This document shows positions 48,652 through 58,945 of a stretch of DNA of 64,000 nt, piece by piece. Below the pieces are notes generated by a model. It was not told the DNA's origin. It was given only the letters and a program-made list of their open reading frames with translations, and searched no databases. The translations under genes were made by a program, and so were the position numbers. Position 1 is the first letter of the stretch; every line of letters starts with the position of its first letter. Origin of the DNA: a virus (Duplodnaviria > Caudoviricetes); IMG/VR virus record IMGVR_UViG_3300028601_000023, positions 1 through 64,000 of that record; one strand, 5' to 3'.

Positions 48652-50481
48652 ATGGAGGCAACCTTGAGTTCAGAATTTAAAGTCCTATCCGATCGAGCGC
48701 ATATCTTACTGAGACCGTCAATGTATATAGGCTCAGTCTCTCCAGAACTAGTCAATAGATATATAGACGGCAAACATGTTCAAGTTTCAATCGTTCAAGG
48801 TCTATCAAAAATCATTAATGAATTGATAGATAATTCTATTGATGAATTCCTCAGATCTGGCAAGAAATTTGCAAACAAAATTTCTATCACAGCAAATTCA
48901 AAATCATTCAGAATAGAAGACAACGGCAGAGGCATTCCAGTAGAGAAATATGAAAATACTTGGAAACCAGAACTTTGTTGGACAGCATGCAGAGCTGGAA
49001 CGTCTTTCTCTGATGATCGTGTTGGTGCTGGTGCAAACGGCCTTGGATCTGTTGCTGCAAATATCTTCTCTAAGAAATTCCTTGGAGAGACAGCTGACGG
49101 TCAGAGAGTTTGTACTGTTCTCTGTCAAGACAATGCCGAAAAGGTCAATACATCTGTCAGTATAAAGAAAACAAACAAGACTGGAACGTCTGTTTATATT
49201 GAACCAGACTTTCAACGATTCTCTTGTACAGAATTCTCTGAAGATCAAATCACGTTGATCCGAGAAAGACTCCTTGGGATTGCTTCTATCTATCCAGAAA
49301 TCTCCTTTACTTTCAATGGTGAATCAATCCGTTGTAGAAAACCAAAAGATTATTTGACTATCTTTGGTGAAACATTTATTGCTCATGAAGATCAGAATTT
49401 CTTTATCGGAATCTTTCCGACATCGACTGATGAATATTGTCAGAAATCAATGCTGGACGGTCTAGAGTTTTTCAACGGTGGATCTCATGAAGAATATGTT
49501 TCAAGGTCTCTATCAAATGAACTAAAAGTTCTGATTAAGAAAAAACATAAGCTTGAGATGAGTCCTGCTGAAATCAAGCGTGGACTATTCTTGGTCATCA
49601 ATGGAAAACATTTTCAGAACATGAAATTTGATTCTCAGACTAAAGAGCGTCTGACCAACACGGAATCAGAAGTCAAAAAGTATTTCGGTGAGATTCCATT
49701 CGAGAAACTTGCTAAACAGATTCTTGCCACTGATGATATTATTTTGCCGATCATTGAAACAAAATTAGCAAAGCAAGCTGCAATCGATGCTCGTGCTGTT
49801 ACAATGGCACAAAAGAAATTGTCTGCAAATAAAGTAGACAAACATTTGAAAGCTCTGTCAAGAAATCCAGATGAACGTATTTTGTTTCTTTGTGAAGGTG
49901 ATTCTGCTGCTGGTGCTTTGAAAGTTGTCCGTGATATTCAGAAACATGGAGGATTCCCTTTACGAGGAGTTCCAATGAATTGTTATGGATCAACTCATAA
50001 GCAGATACTAGAGAACAAAGAATTCAAAAACATCATGGCTATTCTAGGATTGCAATTCAATAAATCTAAAATAGAAACACTTGACAATCTAGAATATGGC
50101 ACTGTTGGAATCATGACTGATGCCGATGTAGACGGCTCTCACATCCTAACTCTCTTAGTAAATTTCTTTTACAATTGGCCGGAGCTCTTTGCTAACGGTA
50201 TTATCAAATATGTACGTACACCGCGTTGGATATGTACAAAAAATAAAGATGTTCAGTATTTTTATACAGATGAAGATTTTGAACAGAAGAGAAACTCTCT
50301 GAAAGGATATGAAATCCGCTATATCAAAGGCCTTGGATCTCTTAGAACACATGAATATACATTTGCTATTAATAATCAATCTATGTGGCAGACTATTACC
50401 ATAGACGATGTCTCAGCAATCAGAACAATGTTCGCTGGAGATGCTGTTTCAGAAAGAAAAGAAATTCTAAAAAACGGTTGA
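48652..50481 (+). CDS. gp39: Type II topoisomerase ATPase/TOPRIM subunit (contiguous gp39+60)
   Basis: RPSMYIGS, ELIDNSIDE, DNGRGIP, CEGDSA, PLRG, DADVDG.HI, YIKGLG; possible TTG start at 48664. Confidence 0.96.
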   Translation: MEATLSSEFKVLSDRAHILLRPSMYIGSVSPELVNRYIDGKHVQVSIVQGLSKIINELIDNSIDEFLRSGKKFANKISITANSKSFRIEDNGRGIPVEKYENTWKPELCWTACRAGTSFSDDRVGAGANGLGSVAANIFSKKFLGETADGQRVCTVLCQDNAEKVNTSVSIKKTNKTGTSVYIEPDFQRFSCTEFSEDQITLIRERLLGIASIYPEISFTFNGESIRCRKPKDYLTIFGETFIAHEDQNFFIGIFPTSTDEYCQKSMLDGLEFFNGGSHEEYVSRSLSNELKVLIKKKHKLEMSPAEIKRGLFLVINGKHFQNMKFDSQTKERLTNTESEVKKYFGEIPFEKLAKQILATDDIILPIIETKLAKQAAIDARAVTMAQKKLSANKVDKHLKALSRNPDERILFLCEGDSAAGALKVVRDIQKHGGFPLRGVPMNCYGSTHKQILENKEFKNIMAILGLQFNKSKIETLDNLEYGTVGIMTDADVDGSHILTLLVNFFYNWPELFANGIIKYVRTPRWICTKNKDVQYFYTDEDFEQKRNSLKGYEIRYIKGLGSLRTHEYTFAINNQSMWQTITIDDVSAIRTMFAGDAVSERKEILKNG

Positions 50482-50533
50482 TCTTTCCAGATCTATTCAA
50501 TATAATAAGAAATCAAGACAAAGAGGAGTACAA

Positions 50534-51850
50534 ATGTCAGATTTGAAAGTTTCTGAGATGATGCATACGAAATGGAAAGAGCATGCCTTATATGTAATTG
50601 AAAATCGAGCTATCCCATCCTTTGCTGATGGGTTCAAACCAGTCCAAAGATTTTTATTCTATCAAGGAATGAAACTCTGTAAAAATGAATTTGATAAAGT
50701 TGCTGGGGTCGGTAGTTCTGTTGCACGTATTGGATACCATCATGGCGAGAATTCTGCTGTCTCTGCTCTGACTGCGATGGGAGCTGACTGGAACAATAAC
50801 CTTCAGATTTTTCTTGGTGATGGTAACTTTGGATCTAAACTTGATCACGCAGCGGCTGCTGGTAGATACATCAGAGTCAAGATGAACCCAGTAATGAATC
50901 ATATTTTCCTTGATACTGAACTGTCTCCCGAACACGAAGACAAAGAACATATTCCGCCGAAACATTATCTTCCGATTATTCCAATGGCCCTAGTCAACGG
51001 AGTCAAAGGGATTGCTACAGGATATTCAGTCGACATTCCTCCGATGGATCCCGTTACTATTGTAGATGCAATGATTGATATGTGCAGGGGGAAAAATCCC
51101 AGAGAGATTAAACCGAAATATTATGATTTTACTGGATCAGTCAAAAGAGAGTCTGATTCATTTATTATAGAAGGGAAATACGAACAACGATCTCCAACCA
51201 AAATCACTATCACTGAACTTCCTAGAGGATTTGAATCTGATTCATATGAGTCTGTTCTAGACAAACTGCAAGAAAAGAATTTTATTGTTGATTACGTAAA
51301 TGAGTCTAACAAGGATTTCTTCAAGTTTGAAGTCACACTAAAACGAACAGTCAAATGGTCTCATGAAGAAATCATCAAGCATTTTAAATTGCGGACATCT
51401 CATACGTGGAATATCAATACGATTTCTCCAGACGGTAAACTCCAAGAATGGGATTCGACAACTGCTTTTACTGATCTGATGATAGCGTTCTATCAGTTTA
51501 GACTACCGTTTGTTGCTACTAGAATAAAGAATAAGATCTCTTTTCTGGAACACGATATTGCTGCAAAGGAAGCGTTCCTAAAGTTTTGTGCTGACGTTAT
51601 TGCTAATAAATTCTCGTTTAAGATTTCTGAGGAAGATTTTATTGACATTCTAAAAAATAAGTATAAAATGCCAGATTCACACATCCAACCAACAATGAAT
51701 CGACCAATTCGATCGTTTACCCAGAAACATGTTCTAGACATCGAGAATGCCCTGAGAGGACAGAAAGACGAGTTATCATATTATCTATCAACTACCCCTG
51801 AAAAAGAGTACGAGAAGGACCTACAGAACCTCAAGAAATATATCAAATAG
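50534..51850 (+). CDS. gp52: Type II topoisomerase breakage-reunion subunit
   Basis: RAIP..DGFKPVQR, YHHGENS, GNFGS, AAGRY, NG..GIATG; promoter TTGATC-17-TATAAT at 50478. Confidence 0.96.
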   Translation: MSDLKVSEMMHTKWKEHALYVIENRAIPSFADGFKPVQRFLFYQGMKLCKNEFDKVAGVGSSVARIGYHHGENSAVSALTAMGADWNNNLQIFLGDGNFGSKLDHAAAAGRYIRVKMNPVMNHIFLDTELSPEHEDKEHIPPKHYLPIIPMALVNGVKGIATGYSVDIPPMDPVTIVDAMIDMCRGKNPREIKPKYYDFTGSVKRESDSFIIEGKYEQRSPTKITITELPRGFESDSYESVLDKLQEKNFIVDYVNESNKDFFKFEVTLKRTVKWSHEEIIKHFKLRTSHTWNINTISPDGKLQEWDSTTAFTDLMIAFYQFRLPFVATRIKNKISFLEHDIAAKEAFLKFCADVIANKFSFKISEEDFIDILKNKYKMPDSHIQPTMNRPIRSFTQKHVLDIENALRGQKDELSYYLSTTPEKEYEKDLQNLKKYIK

Positions 51851-52025
51851 GAGAATTCATGAAGATTGCTTATATTTGTCATAAATGTGGAACCGCTCAT
51901 TATATTGTTACAGACGTTGAGGCTGAAGGCGAGCTATATATTTGTATTGATAAGTTTACTTGTAAGGGAAAAGAACTAAGAAAATTCGGAAAGAAAAAAA
52001 CTTTCAAAAAAACTTTCTAAAATAG

Positions 52026-52054
52026 TTGACAGTCTATCAAGAATTGAATATTCT
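52026..52054 (+). promoter_or_regulatory. sigma70-type early promoter
   Basis: TTGACA-17-TATTCT with an A-tract upstream. Confidence 0.8.
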
Positions 52055-52092
52055 AAACTCAATTGAACATAACAACAACCTTGGAGTTGAAA

Positions 52093-52590
52093 ATGAACAC
52101 GAACGAAATGATCATGAACAAGCTGGAAGAAATCCTGAAGCCCATTGATGAAAAGATCCTTGAAGATTCCAAGAGATGGATTCTGGAACGTCGAGATGCA
52201 GTACGAGCTTTCACGGCAACCGACGATGCAAAGGCTCTTCGTAGAAGTAACCTTAACCGCTACTATCAAAACATTTGGGATATTGCTGGTGGAAAGGGTT
52301 GGTACAATGTGATCGATGGAAGAAGCGAAGCCGATATTCTCAAGATCATGGAAAAGAATTGTGAAATGACTGCCGAGAAGAGAAACCTTTCCATAGTCAA
52401 GAAGCTTCAGAAGGTAGAAGTAAATGAAGTTCTTGAAGAAAAGTGGAGTCAAACTTCTGATGGATTCAACGGATTCTACTCAATCAACACTGACAAGGGA
52501 AACAAGATTATCGAAATTGACACAATACTTGCCGGTGGCTACAACATCCAGAGACTTCATGTTCGTGTACTTGTAAAGATTCGCAAGTAA
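52093..52590 (+). CDS. Conserved phage hypothetical protein (TI.AGGYNIQRLH motif)
   Basis: Own promoter, GGAG SD and downstream hairpin. Confidence 0.75.
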   Translation: MNTNEMIMNKLEEILKPIDEKILEDSKRWILERRDAVRAFTATDDAKALRRSNLNRYYQNIWDIAGGKGWYNVIDGRSEADILKIMEKNCEMTAEKRNLSIVKKLQKVEVNEVLEEKWSQTSDGFNGFYSINTDKGNKIIEIDTILAGGYNIQRLHVRVLVKIRK

Positions 52591-52591
52591 C

Positions 52592-52613
52592 TGAGAGGGC
52601 TTACGCCCTCTCA
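52592..52613. terminator. 9-bp GC-rich hairpin after the 52093 gene
   Basis: TGAGAGGGC-TTAC-GCCCTCTCA; no U tract on the + strand. Confidence 0.55.
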
Positions 52614-52627
52614 TAAAAGGATAAGAA

Positions 52628-52804
52628 ATGATTATCAAATGTTGTTGCTGCGCAAGACAGATCACCCACCATAATACAAGCAATGAATATGAATGTCCTT
52701 TGCCAGCTACATATATGGGTCCTACTGTTGGGTATTGTTGTGCTGAATGTTCGAAGGATTTAGATTCAGAAGGAATGTTTCCAGAAGAGAGAGGACTGTA
52801 CTAG
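52628..52804 (+). CDS. 58-aa Cys-rich protein (not in the ORF track)
   Basis: MIIKCCCCAR...CP...YCCAEC; AAGGA SD. Confidence 0.55.
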   Translation: MIIKCCCCARQITHHNTSNEYECPLPATYMGPTVGYCCAECSKDLDSEGMFPEERGLY

Positions 52805-52962
52805 TGTTAACAGAAGGCTCTACTAGATCTAACATAAAATATAATATATTATCTCGAAGACCGACTTCTCCTCCACCAGCACCTAAAGCAAAGAATTCTA
52901 TTGACATCAAAGATGAATCTGAATATTCTAATCTTAACATAAACAAAATCACAGAGATTAAA

Positions 52963-54282
52963 GTGCACAAAGGAATTACACAGAAGATCATCGAAGCAGG
53001 GTTTGAATGTTATTATGTCGGCGGGTGTGTCCGTGATGAGATCATGGGTATTATTCCCGATGATTATGACATTACAACAAACGCCAAACCAGAAGAGATT
53101 TTTGAAATCTTCAAAGATTCTCATAAGGTAGTCTATTGTGGTGAAGCTTTCAAGGTTGTCCGTGTTGGAGACATTGAAGTTGCTACCTACAGAAAAGATC
53201 ATTACTTTGGCGATTCTGATAAGAACTGCGTAATTGAATACGCCAATTCTATTGAAGAGGATTTGAGCCGCAGAGATTTAACAGTGAATGCCATAGCCAA
53301 GTGCGCTAATACTGGAAAGATCGTTGATCCATTTAATGGAATGTTTGATATAAAGATCAGAGTCATTAGATTTGTTGGTGATCCATTTGAACGCATCAAG
53401 GAAGATCCAAATAGAATGATTCGTGTTGCGAGATTTGCTGCTAAAATGGATGCTATCCTAGCTTTTGAAACAGAAAGGGCAATTAGAAATTCTAATCACT
53501 TGTTTCAATATATTGCTAAGGAGAGAATATCAAAAGAGATTCTTAAGGCGATGAAGGCTAAGAAAGCCTCTTGGTTTTTCACAGTACTTTTGGATTGTGG
53601 ACTTCTAAAAGATATTTTTCCCACACTTGATAGATGCGTTTATCATGATGGTGGCCCCCATCATAAGGAAGATTTGTTTCAACACCAGATGATTGCTGGG
53701 GACTATATGTCGACTCGATGTGCAGTTATGAAACTTGCAGCGTATATCCATGATATTGGTAAAGTAAAAGCATATGATCCAACTGAAAGAACATTTATCG
53801 GTCATGAGTTTATCGGTGAAAAAGTTGCAAGAAAAGAACTAAAAGAACTGCGATTTTCCAATGATCTCATTGACCGAATATGTTCACTGATCAAACTTCA
53901 TATGAGAAACAACTATGGTTCTGAGAAAAGTGTTAGAAAGCTTATCAGAGAGTTCCAAGAACATCATATTGATTACCGATCACATACTCGCTTGAAGCTC
54001 TCAGACCGTGCTGGAAACCTTTCTAAGCCAAACTTCGCGTTCTCTGAGATCAAAGCTATTCTATTGAAATACGAAGAACTGTTTACGGCTGATCAGAATT
54101 CGGTATTCTCTATTCGAGATCTGGCTGTAAACGGTAAAGATATAATGGATCGGTTTGCTATGAATCCTGGAAAGAAGGTTGGTGAATTTCTATCATGTGC
54201 TCTTGAAGCTGTATTAGATAAGAAGGTGAACAATGAAAAAGAACCTCTATTGAGATATCTTTCAGCCACTTTATTTTATTGA
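52963..54282 (+). CDS. cca: CCA-adding tRNA nucleotidyltransferase with HD domain
   Basis: VGGCVRD, DYD, EDLSRRDLTVNA, EDPNRM.R..RF, IHDIGK, F.GHE; GTG start chosen after promoter TTGACA-17-TATTCT (52901). Confidence 0.92.
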   Translation: MHKGITQKIIEAGFECYYVGGCVRDEIMGIIPDDYDITTNAKPEEIFEIFKDSHKVVYCGEAFKVVRVGDIEVATYRKDHYFGDSDKNCVIEYANSIEEDLSRRDLTVNAIAKCANTGKIVDPFNGMFDIKIRVIRFVGDPFERIKEDPNRMIRVARFAAKMDAILAFETERAIRNSNHLFQYIAKERISKEILKAMKAKKASWFFTVLLDCGLLKDIFPTLDRCVYHDGGPHHKEDLFQHQMIAGDYMSTRCAVMKLAAYIHDIGKVKAYDPTERTFIGHEFIGEKVARKELKELRFSNDLIDRICSLIKLHMRNNYGSEKSVRKLIREFQEHHIDYRSHTRLKLSDRAGNLSKPNFAFSEIKAILLKYEELFTADQNSVFSIRDLAVNGKDIMDRFAMNPGKKVGEFLSCALEAVLDKKVNNEKEPLLRYLSATLFY

Positions 54283-54343
54283 CATCTCTAAAAAAGATGG
54301 ATATTTCTGATTTTAACAAACACACTTTAGCAAGGAGAATTTA

Positions 54344-55012
54344 ATGATGATTAAAGGTAAGTGCCCCGTCTGTGGAACTGAAGGAACAACATACGATGGT
54401 TTTGGCTTTAGTTGTGGAAACAAGGAATGCCCTATCAGCTTGATTACTCTGTCATATCAGGATTGGCTGACATACTGCGACAGAGCAAAGGAACTTGTGG
54501 ATGCAGCATTCGCTCGTATGGATAAAACCGTATCAGGTGTAGAAGAAGTTCGAGAGGATCTTGATCCGCGGATGAGCTCAATCCTTTATCCTGTTGCCGA
54601 TTATTTCAAGAATGATCAATATATGTATTCCAGGAACTATTATTGGAATCGTGATCATGAAGAGATGATGCTTGATCCTTTCGGCGGGGCTGTGGTGTTG
54701 TATAACATTGATCCAGATACTTTGACAGTTTCTTACACTTATTACAAGAACACTCCAGCAGCGCGGTTTGTTAAAAGTATTCTTCGTGATACGGTGAAAA
54801 AACGCAACGAGCAGTGGAATGTTTATTCTGAAGTTTCTTTGATTGAAATTGAAAATCTAATGGATGAAGTAGATTATGATTATCTTGCTGAAGCTGCAGA
54901 AAACGGAGACAGCTATAAAGAACACCTTGGCGAAATGTTCTTGATCTTTCGAATTGCGTTTGCTCGGTATATCAAGAAGAAGCACGGAATTAAGTCTTCC
55001 TACCGAGTCTAA
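54344..55012 (+). CDS. Hypothetical protein with N-terminal zinc ribbon
   Basis: CPVCG...CGNKEC; AAGGAG SD; TTGACA at 54279. Confidence 0.75.
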   Translation: MMIKGKCPVCGTEGTTYDGFGFSCGNKECPISLITLSYQDWLTYCDRAKELVDAAFARMDKTVSGVEEVREDLDPRMSSILYPVADYFKNDQYMYSRNYYWNRDHEEMMLDPFGGAVVLYNIDPDTLTVSYTYYKNTPAARFVKSILRDTVKKRNEQWNVYSEVSLIEIENLMDEVDYDYLAEAAENGDSYKEHLGEMFLIFRIAFARYIKKKHGIKSSYRV

Positions 55013-55398
55013 ATTTTAGGAAGTAGGTTTTGTAGGTCTGAGTCTATACGAAGTCTTATGAGATCTACTTCCGGAATTTCTGATGGACATCGGTAAATAA
55101 ACTGCAGATATGTTTTGACTTCGGAATGAACATCTTCAGAACAGATAAAAAACAACAACCTGGCTAATGAATTTCCTTCAAAGACGTTAGCCAGTTTTAT
55201 GATTAGGTTTAGAATCGTTTGATGATAGATCGGTGGAGTATTTTCAGATGGGTATTTTTGTATTAGAATACATTTAGATACTAAAGAAAACTTTCGCAGA
55301 TCAGAAAAGAAATCGTTCCATGTTCCTTTCCCTTTATTATAATGGCGAATTGCATATAACATATATGTAGATTTATTTAAAGGCTCGTTCCAAATCAT
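55009..55398 (-). CDS. Conserved T4-like phage protein (DUF7207-like)
   Basis: LN...Y.LYAI.HY...F..DL.KF...ILN.II.L.NVF..LLFF; GGAG SD; late-like AATAAATA upstream. Confidence 0.7.
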   Translation of the reverse strand: MIWNEPLNKSTYMLYAIRHYNKGKGTWNDFFSDLRKFSLVSKCILIQKYPSENTPPIYHQTILNLIIKLANVFEGNSLARLLFFICSEDVHSEVKTYLQFIYRCPSEIPEVDLIRLRIDSDLQNLLPKI

Positions 55399-55416
55399 TT
55401 GCACTCCGAGGTTATT

Positions 55417-55680
55417 ATGGATCCTATTGAAGTTATTTATTCAGCGTATCAGATGAAGATGATGGTCTGCTGGATCTTTCTAGCAGCGTTCCTTACATCA
55501 GCTATTATCTGTATTAATATTATACATAAATCTGAGCGTTGTACGTCTGATGCAGTTGGATTTGCTTTGATCATTGGTGCTATCGGTTGTTTATTAACAG
55601 TAGTAACAATGATGGGTATGAATCCCTCTCAAGATCTTATTCGAGTTATTGCAGTTATGAACGCTACAATTTGTCAATAA
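55417..55680 (+). CDS. Membrane protein with two TM helices
   Basis: Two hydrophobic segments; GAGG SD. Confidence 0.65.
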   Translation: MDPIEVIYSAYQMKMMVCWIFLAAFLTSAIICINIIHKSERCTSDAVGFALIIGAIGCLLTVVTMMGMNPSQDLIRVIAVMNATICQ

Positions 55681-55681
55681 G

Positions 55682-56668
55682 ATGGCTGATCTCGTATTAC
55701 AACAGAAATATATATCGTTGCTTGGAGCTCAATTAGACGGCTTCAAGCAACGCAAACCAAATTGCTGGTGGTTCCGTTGTCCAATCTGTGGAGACTCTGA
55801 GACCGACAAAAAGAAGCGCCGAGGCTATATATATTTAAAGAACGGAGAATATTGGTACTATTGCCATAATTGTGGGCAAGGCCAAAAGTTTGAACGATTG
55901 CTTTATGCTACAAACGGAGATCTATATTCCGATTATAGAAAAGAGAATCTGATTGCACGGTTGGTATTCTCAGATAAGAAAGCTCCAGAAGAAATCAAAA
56001 CCAAGCAATGGATCTTCAAACAAAAACCAATCGCGTCTATTGCTGATCTTCCAGAATCTCATCAGGCGTATAAGTATCTTGTTTCTAGATGTATACCTAA
56101 AGAGAATTACAGTAAGGTCAAATGGGTTGATGATTATCCGACTCTAGTTCGTACAACTATTCCAGAGAAATATGATGATACCAAGATGCATCGGTCTGGG
56201 ATCTTGTTTGAACTATTCAATAAGGATTCTGATCTTGTAGGCTATCAACTGCGGTCTATAGATCCGTCTGTTAAAAAACAATATCGTTTTTGTAATGCGT
56301 CTATCGGAGAAGAACGCGGATTCTTTGGTAGTCTTGATTTGTCTCAGCCACATTTTGTTGTTGAGGGATGTATGGATGCTTTGAGTATTCCAAATGCTAT
56401 GGCTGTAATTACGTCAGACCTTTCTGCTGCTAATGTTCCAACAGCTATCTATTTCAATGACCAGGAACCGCGAAACTCTCAGATCGTCAAACAGATTGAA
56501 AAGGAAATCTCTTTGGGCTATTCGGTTGTTCTATTGCCTGATGAATATATTGGAATGGACGCAAATGATCTTCTCAAAAGATTTGGAGATTCGACTAAAG
56601 AATTCTTGCTGAATCACGTCTATTCTGGTCTAAAAGCAAAAATCAAACTCGCAGGGTGGAGAAAATGA
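55682..56668 (+). CDS. gp61: DNA primase
   Basis: FRCPICGDS.....RGY, CHNCG, VVEG.MDA, DQEPRN, DANDL. Confidence 0.95.
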   Translation: MADLVLQQKYISLLGAQLDGFKQRKPNCWWFRCPICGDSETDKKKRRGYIYLKNGEYWYYCHNCGQGQKFERLLYATNGDLYSDYRKENLIARLVFSDKKAPEEIKTKQWIFKQKPIASIADLPESHQAYKYLVSRCIPKENYSKVKWVDDYPTLVRTTIPEKYDDTKMHRSGILFELFNKDSDLVGYQLRSIDPSVKKQYRFCNASIGEERGFFGSLDLSQPHFVVEGCMDALSIPNAMAVITSDLSAANVPTAIYFNDQEPRNSQIVKQIEKEISLGYSVVLLPDEYIGMDANDLLKRFGDSTKEFLLNHVYSGLKAKIKLAGWRK

Positions 56669-56916
56669 AATTGTTGACAGTTCTTCTATTATTGATTAGT
56701 ATTTTTTTAAGTATGAATTGTTTTGCTTTTCCGTTTGATTATATCGTAACAGGATCCGGAGACGGCAAAGAAGTCACTGGATATCTTACTGAAAATGAGA
56801 ATGGAACTATTCGAGGATCAGTTGACAGTTCATATGTTGAATGTTCATGGGTTGGATATGGAATTTTGGAATGTCAATCAGTGGAAAACTTTTATGAAAT
56901 GGAAGTGACAGAATGA
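56665..56916 (+). CDS. Secreted/periplasmic hypothetical protein
   Basis: Signal peptide MKLLTVLLLLISIFLSMNCFA. Confidence 0.65.
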   Translation: MKLLTVLLLLISIFLSMNCFAFPFDYIVTGSGDGKEVTGYLTENENGTIRGSVDSSYVECSWVGYGILECQSVENFYEMEVTE

Positions 56917-57950
56917 AAGAAAAAATCTTAGAAACCATTCAGAATAATATGCCAGACGGCTATGATCTCCTGTATGCTGCTATTACAGGATCAAGGCTTT
57001 ACGGAACTCATAACGAAAATTCTGATACTGATGTAAAGTTTATCTTCAAACCTTCGTTAGATGATTGTATCCTCGGTATTGCTTCTAGAAACCTGAATAT
57101 GAATACATCTAATGATAAAGAAGCAAATTCTAAAGATGACATAGATATTCAAGGATGGTCTATCCAGTTCTTTTTAGATCTTCTGCGTAAAGGTGATACT
57201 AACGCTATTGATGTTCTGTATTCAATAAGCAATACTGATTGTGTTGTATATTATCCAGAGAAAAGAGGTGCTACATATCAGTATTCTATGATCATGGAAG
57301 ATCTGTTTAGTAATCCTCTTGCTTATTTTGATCTGACTAATATGAGAGGATTGCTTGGGTATGTCGTGTCAATGTCAGATAAGTACGGGCTTAAGGGAAG
57401 TCGATATTCTAAGTTGCTTGAAGTCTCTAAAGTCACAGATGAAGAAGTCGACAAAATGTTATTCAAGGATTTGGATCCAATTCGTCTAGATGATATCTAC
57501 GAAAAGATCCTTGAGAAATGCGGAGACAATACTTTCTGCAAATACGAAGTTTGCCAAGATAAAAGAAAAGCTATTCGTCTTGGTGGAAAAGTTCATTTAT
57601 TAGATATCTCCATTCATGAATTCATGAGAAGGCTTGATTCAGAACTTAGTAGATACGGTGAACGAACTAAGAAAGCCCTTGATGGATCTGATTGGAAGGC
57701 TCTTTCCCACGCTTATAGAGGAATCGTCCAGATAGCTGAATTGCTTGATACTTATAATCTGATTTTTCCACTACAGAGAGCCAATGTTCTAAAAGAAATC
57801 AAAGAAGGAAAACTGTCTATGGAAAATGTGAATCAGATGATAAGTTCTGGTTTACAAATTGTAGAAGATGAATTAAAAAATACTAAACGGACAAAAAAGG
57901 TAGACCACAATTTGATTAACAAAACAATTTTAGACCTGTACGGAGTTTAG
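56913..57950 (+). CDS. DNA polymerase beta-superfamily nucleotidyltransferase (NrdC.11/YcgL-like)
   Basis: GSRLYGT...SDTD, DWKALSHA.R, IK.GK. Confidence 0.85.
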   Translation: MKEKILETIQNNMPDGYDLLYAAITGSRLYGTHNENSDTDVKFIFKPSLDDCILGIASRNLNMNTSNDKEANSKDDIDIQGWSIQFFLDLLRKGDTNAIDVLYSISNTDCVVYYPEKRGATYQYSMIMEDLFSNPLAYFDLTNMRGLLGYVVSMSDKYGLKGSRYSKLLEVSKVTDEEVDKMLFKDLDPIRLDDIYEKILEKCGDNTFCKYEVCQDKRKAIRLGGKVHLLDISIHEFMRRLDSELSRYGERTKKALDGSDWKALSHAYRGIVQIAELLDTYNLIFPLQRANVLKEIKEGKLSMENVNQMISSGLQIVEDELKNTKRTKKVDHNLINKTILDLYGV

Positions 57951-57953
57951 AAG

Positions 57954-58199
57954 ATGAGCAATGAAAACTATACGGATCTTTATAAAAGCAAGATATCTCA
58001 TGAACTTGCCTTGGAAATCCTAGAAGAGATTGCTAAGTCAATCGGAACTTCGTTATATAGTATGACAGGTATGAGCGAATATGATCATCTTGGTGTTGAA
58101 TTTGGTTTGGGTAATTTGGTGAACAACATCAGAAGAATCAACTCAGATGCAAAAGAATATTATGAACTCCGGAAAATTCTAAAGAAGGCTGTATCATAA
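57954..58199 (+). CDS. Hypothetical protein
   Basis: Tightly packed ORF with GGAG SD. Confidence 0.65.
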   Translation: MSNENYTDLYKSKISHELALEILEEIAKSIGTSLYSMTGMSEYDHLGVEFGLGNLVNNIRRINSDAKEYYELRKILKKAVS

Positions 58200-58456
58200 T
58201 GCAAAAGGTATATTGTATGGGATGTGAGTATTTTGATATGAACCGTTCTACATCTCTTACTCCGTGTGATTATATTAAAAAGAAATGTGTTGTGGATACT
58301 CCTATAGCTCAAGAATACAGATTTGAAAAGGCTTTTCCATATATTGATAATGCAGACAACAATTGTTTTTATTATACTCCAAGGCAACCAAAGAAGAAAG
58401 AACCAACACATATCCTTGGTAAAGTATGCAAATTTTTACAAACATATTTCGGATAG
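58199..58456 (+). CDS. Cys-containing hypothetical protein
   Basis: YCMGCEYF...C...N.DNNC.YY. Confidence 0.65.
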   Translation: MQKVYCMGCEYFDMNRSTSLTPCDYIKKKCVVDTPIAQEYRFEKAFPYIDNADNNCFYYTPRQPKKKEPTHILGKVCKFLQTYFG

Positions 58457-58466
58457 GAGTCTATAA

Positions 58467-58850
58467 ATGAAAATTAGAACCGGCTTTGTTTCCAACAGTT
58501 CCTCAAGCAGTTTCATCTGCCAGATCTGTAATGATGAACGAGAAGGGTGGGACTGGAACAACCACTGTGGAGATAAGCTGACATGTGTTAATGGTCATTG
58601 TTTCTGTCAGAGCCATATAGATAATGATTCACCGACATATAACACAGTTGAGCGCTATCGGAAAAACGATGAACCGATTCCAGCTATTCTTTGTCCGATT
58701 TGTTCTGTCGTAGCAACAGAAGCTCTAAAGTTTAAGAATGTCTTATTTTATCTATTGAAGAAATACGATCTAAAATATGTTGACATTGTGGATGAGATGG
58801 GTATATTGTTCAAAACGAACGAAGAACTTGACCGATATCTGAGGAGCTGA
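58467..58850 (+). CDS. MKIRTGFVSNSSSSSF-motif protein with RING-like zinc ligands (paralog 1)
   Basis: CQIC...C.NGH.FC..H...CPIC. Confidence 0.8.
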   Translation: MKIRTGFVSNSSSSSFICQICNDEREGWDWNNHCGDKLTCVNGHCFCQSHIDNDSPTYNTVERYRKNDEPIPAILCPICSVVATEALKFKNVLFYLLKKYDLKYVDIVDEMGILFKTNEELDRYLRS

Positions 58851-58945
58851 TATGAATACTGAAATAATAGACAGTATTATTTCTATTACTGAGAAATATA
58901 TGCAAAAACTAAAAGAAGAAATCGAAACTCTATAGGAGAATAAGA

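Noticed and set aside
52747-52962. 72-aa N-terminal extension of the CCA enzyme given in the ORF track
   Set aside because: It overlaps a better Cys-rich ORF and contains a consensus promoter (52901-52929); GTG 52963 fits the family start, though a longer isoform is not excluded.
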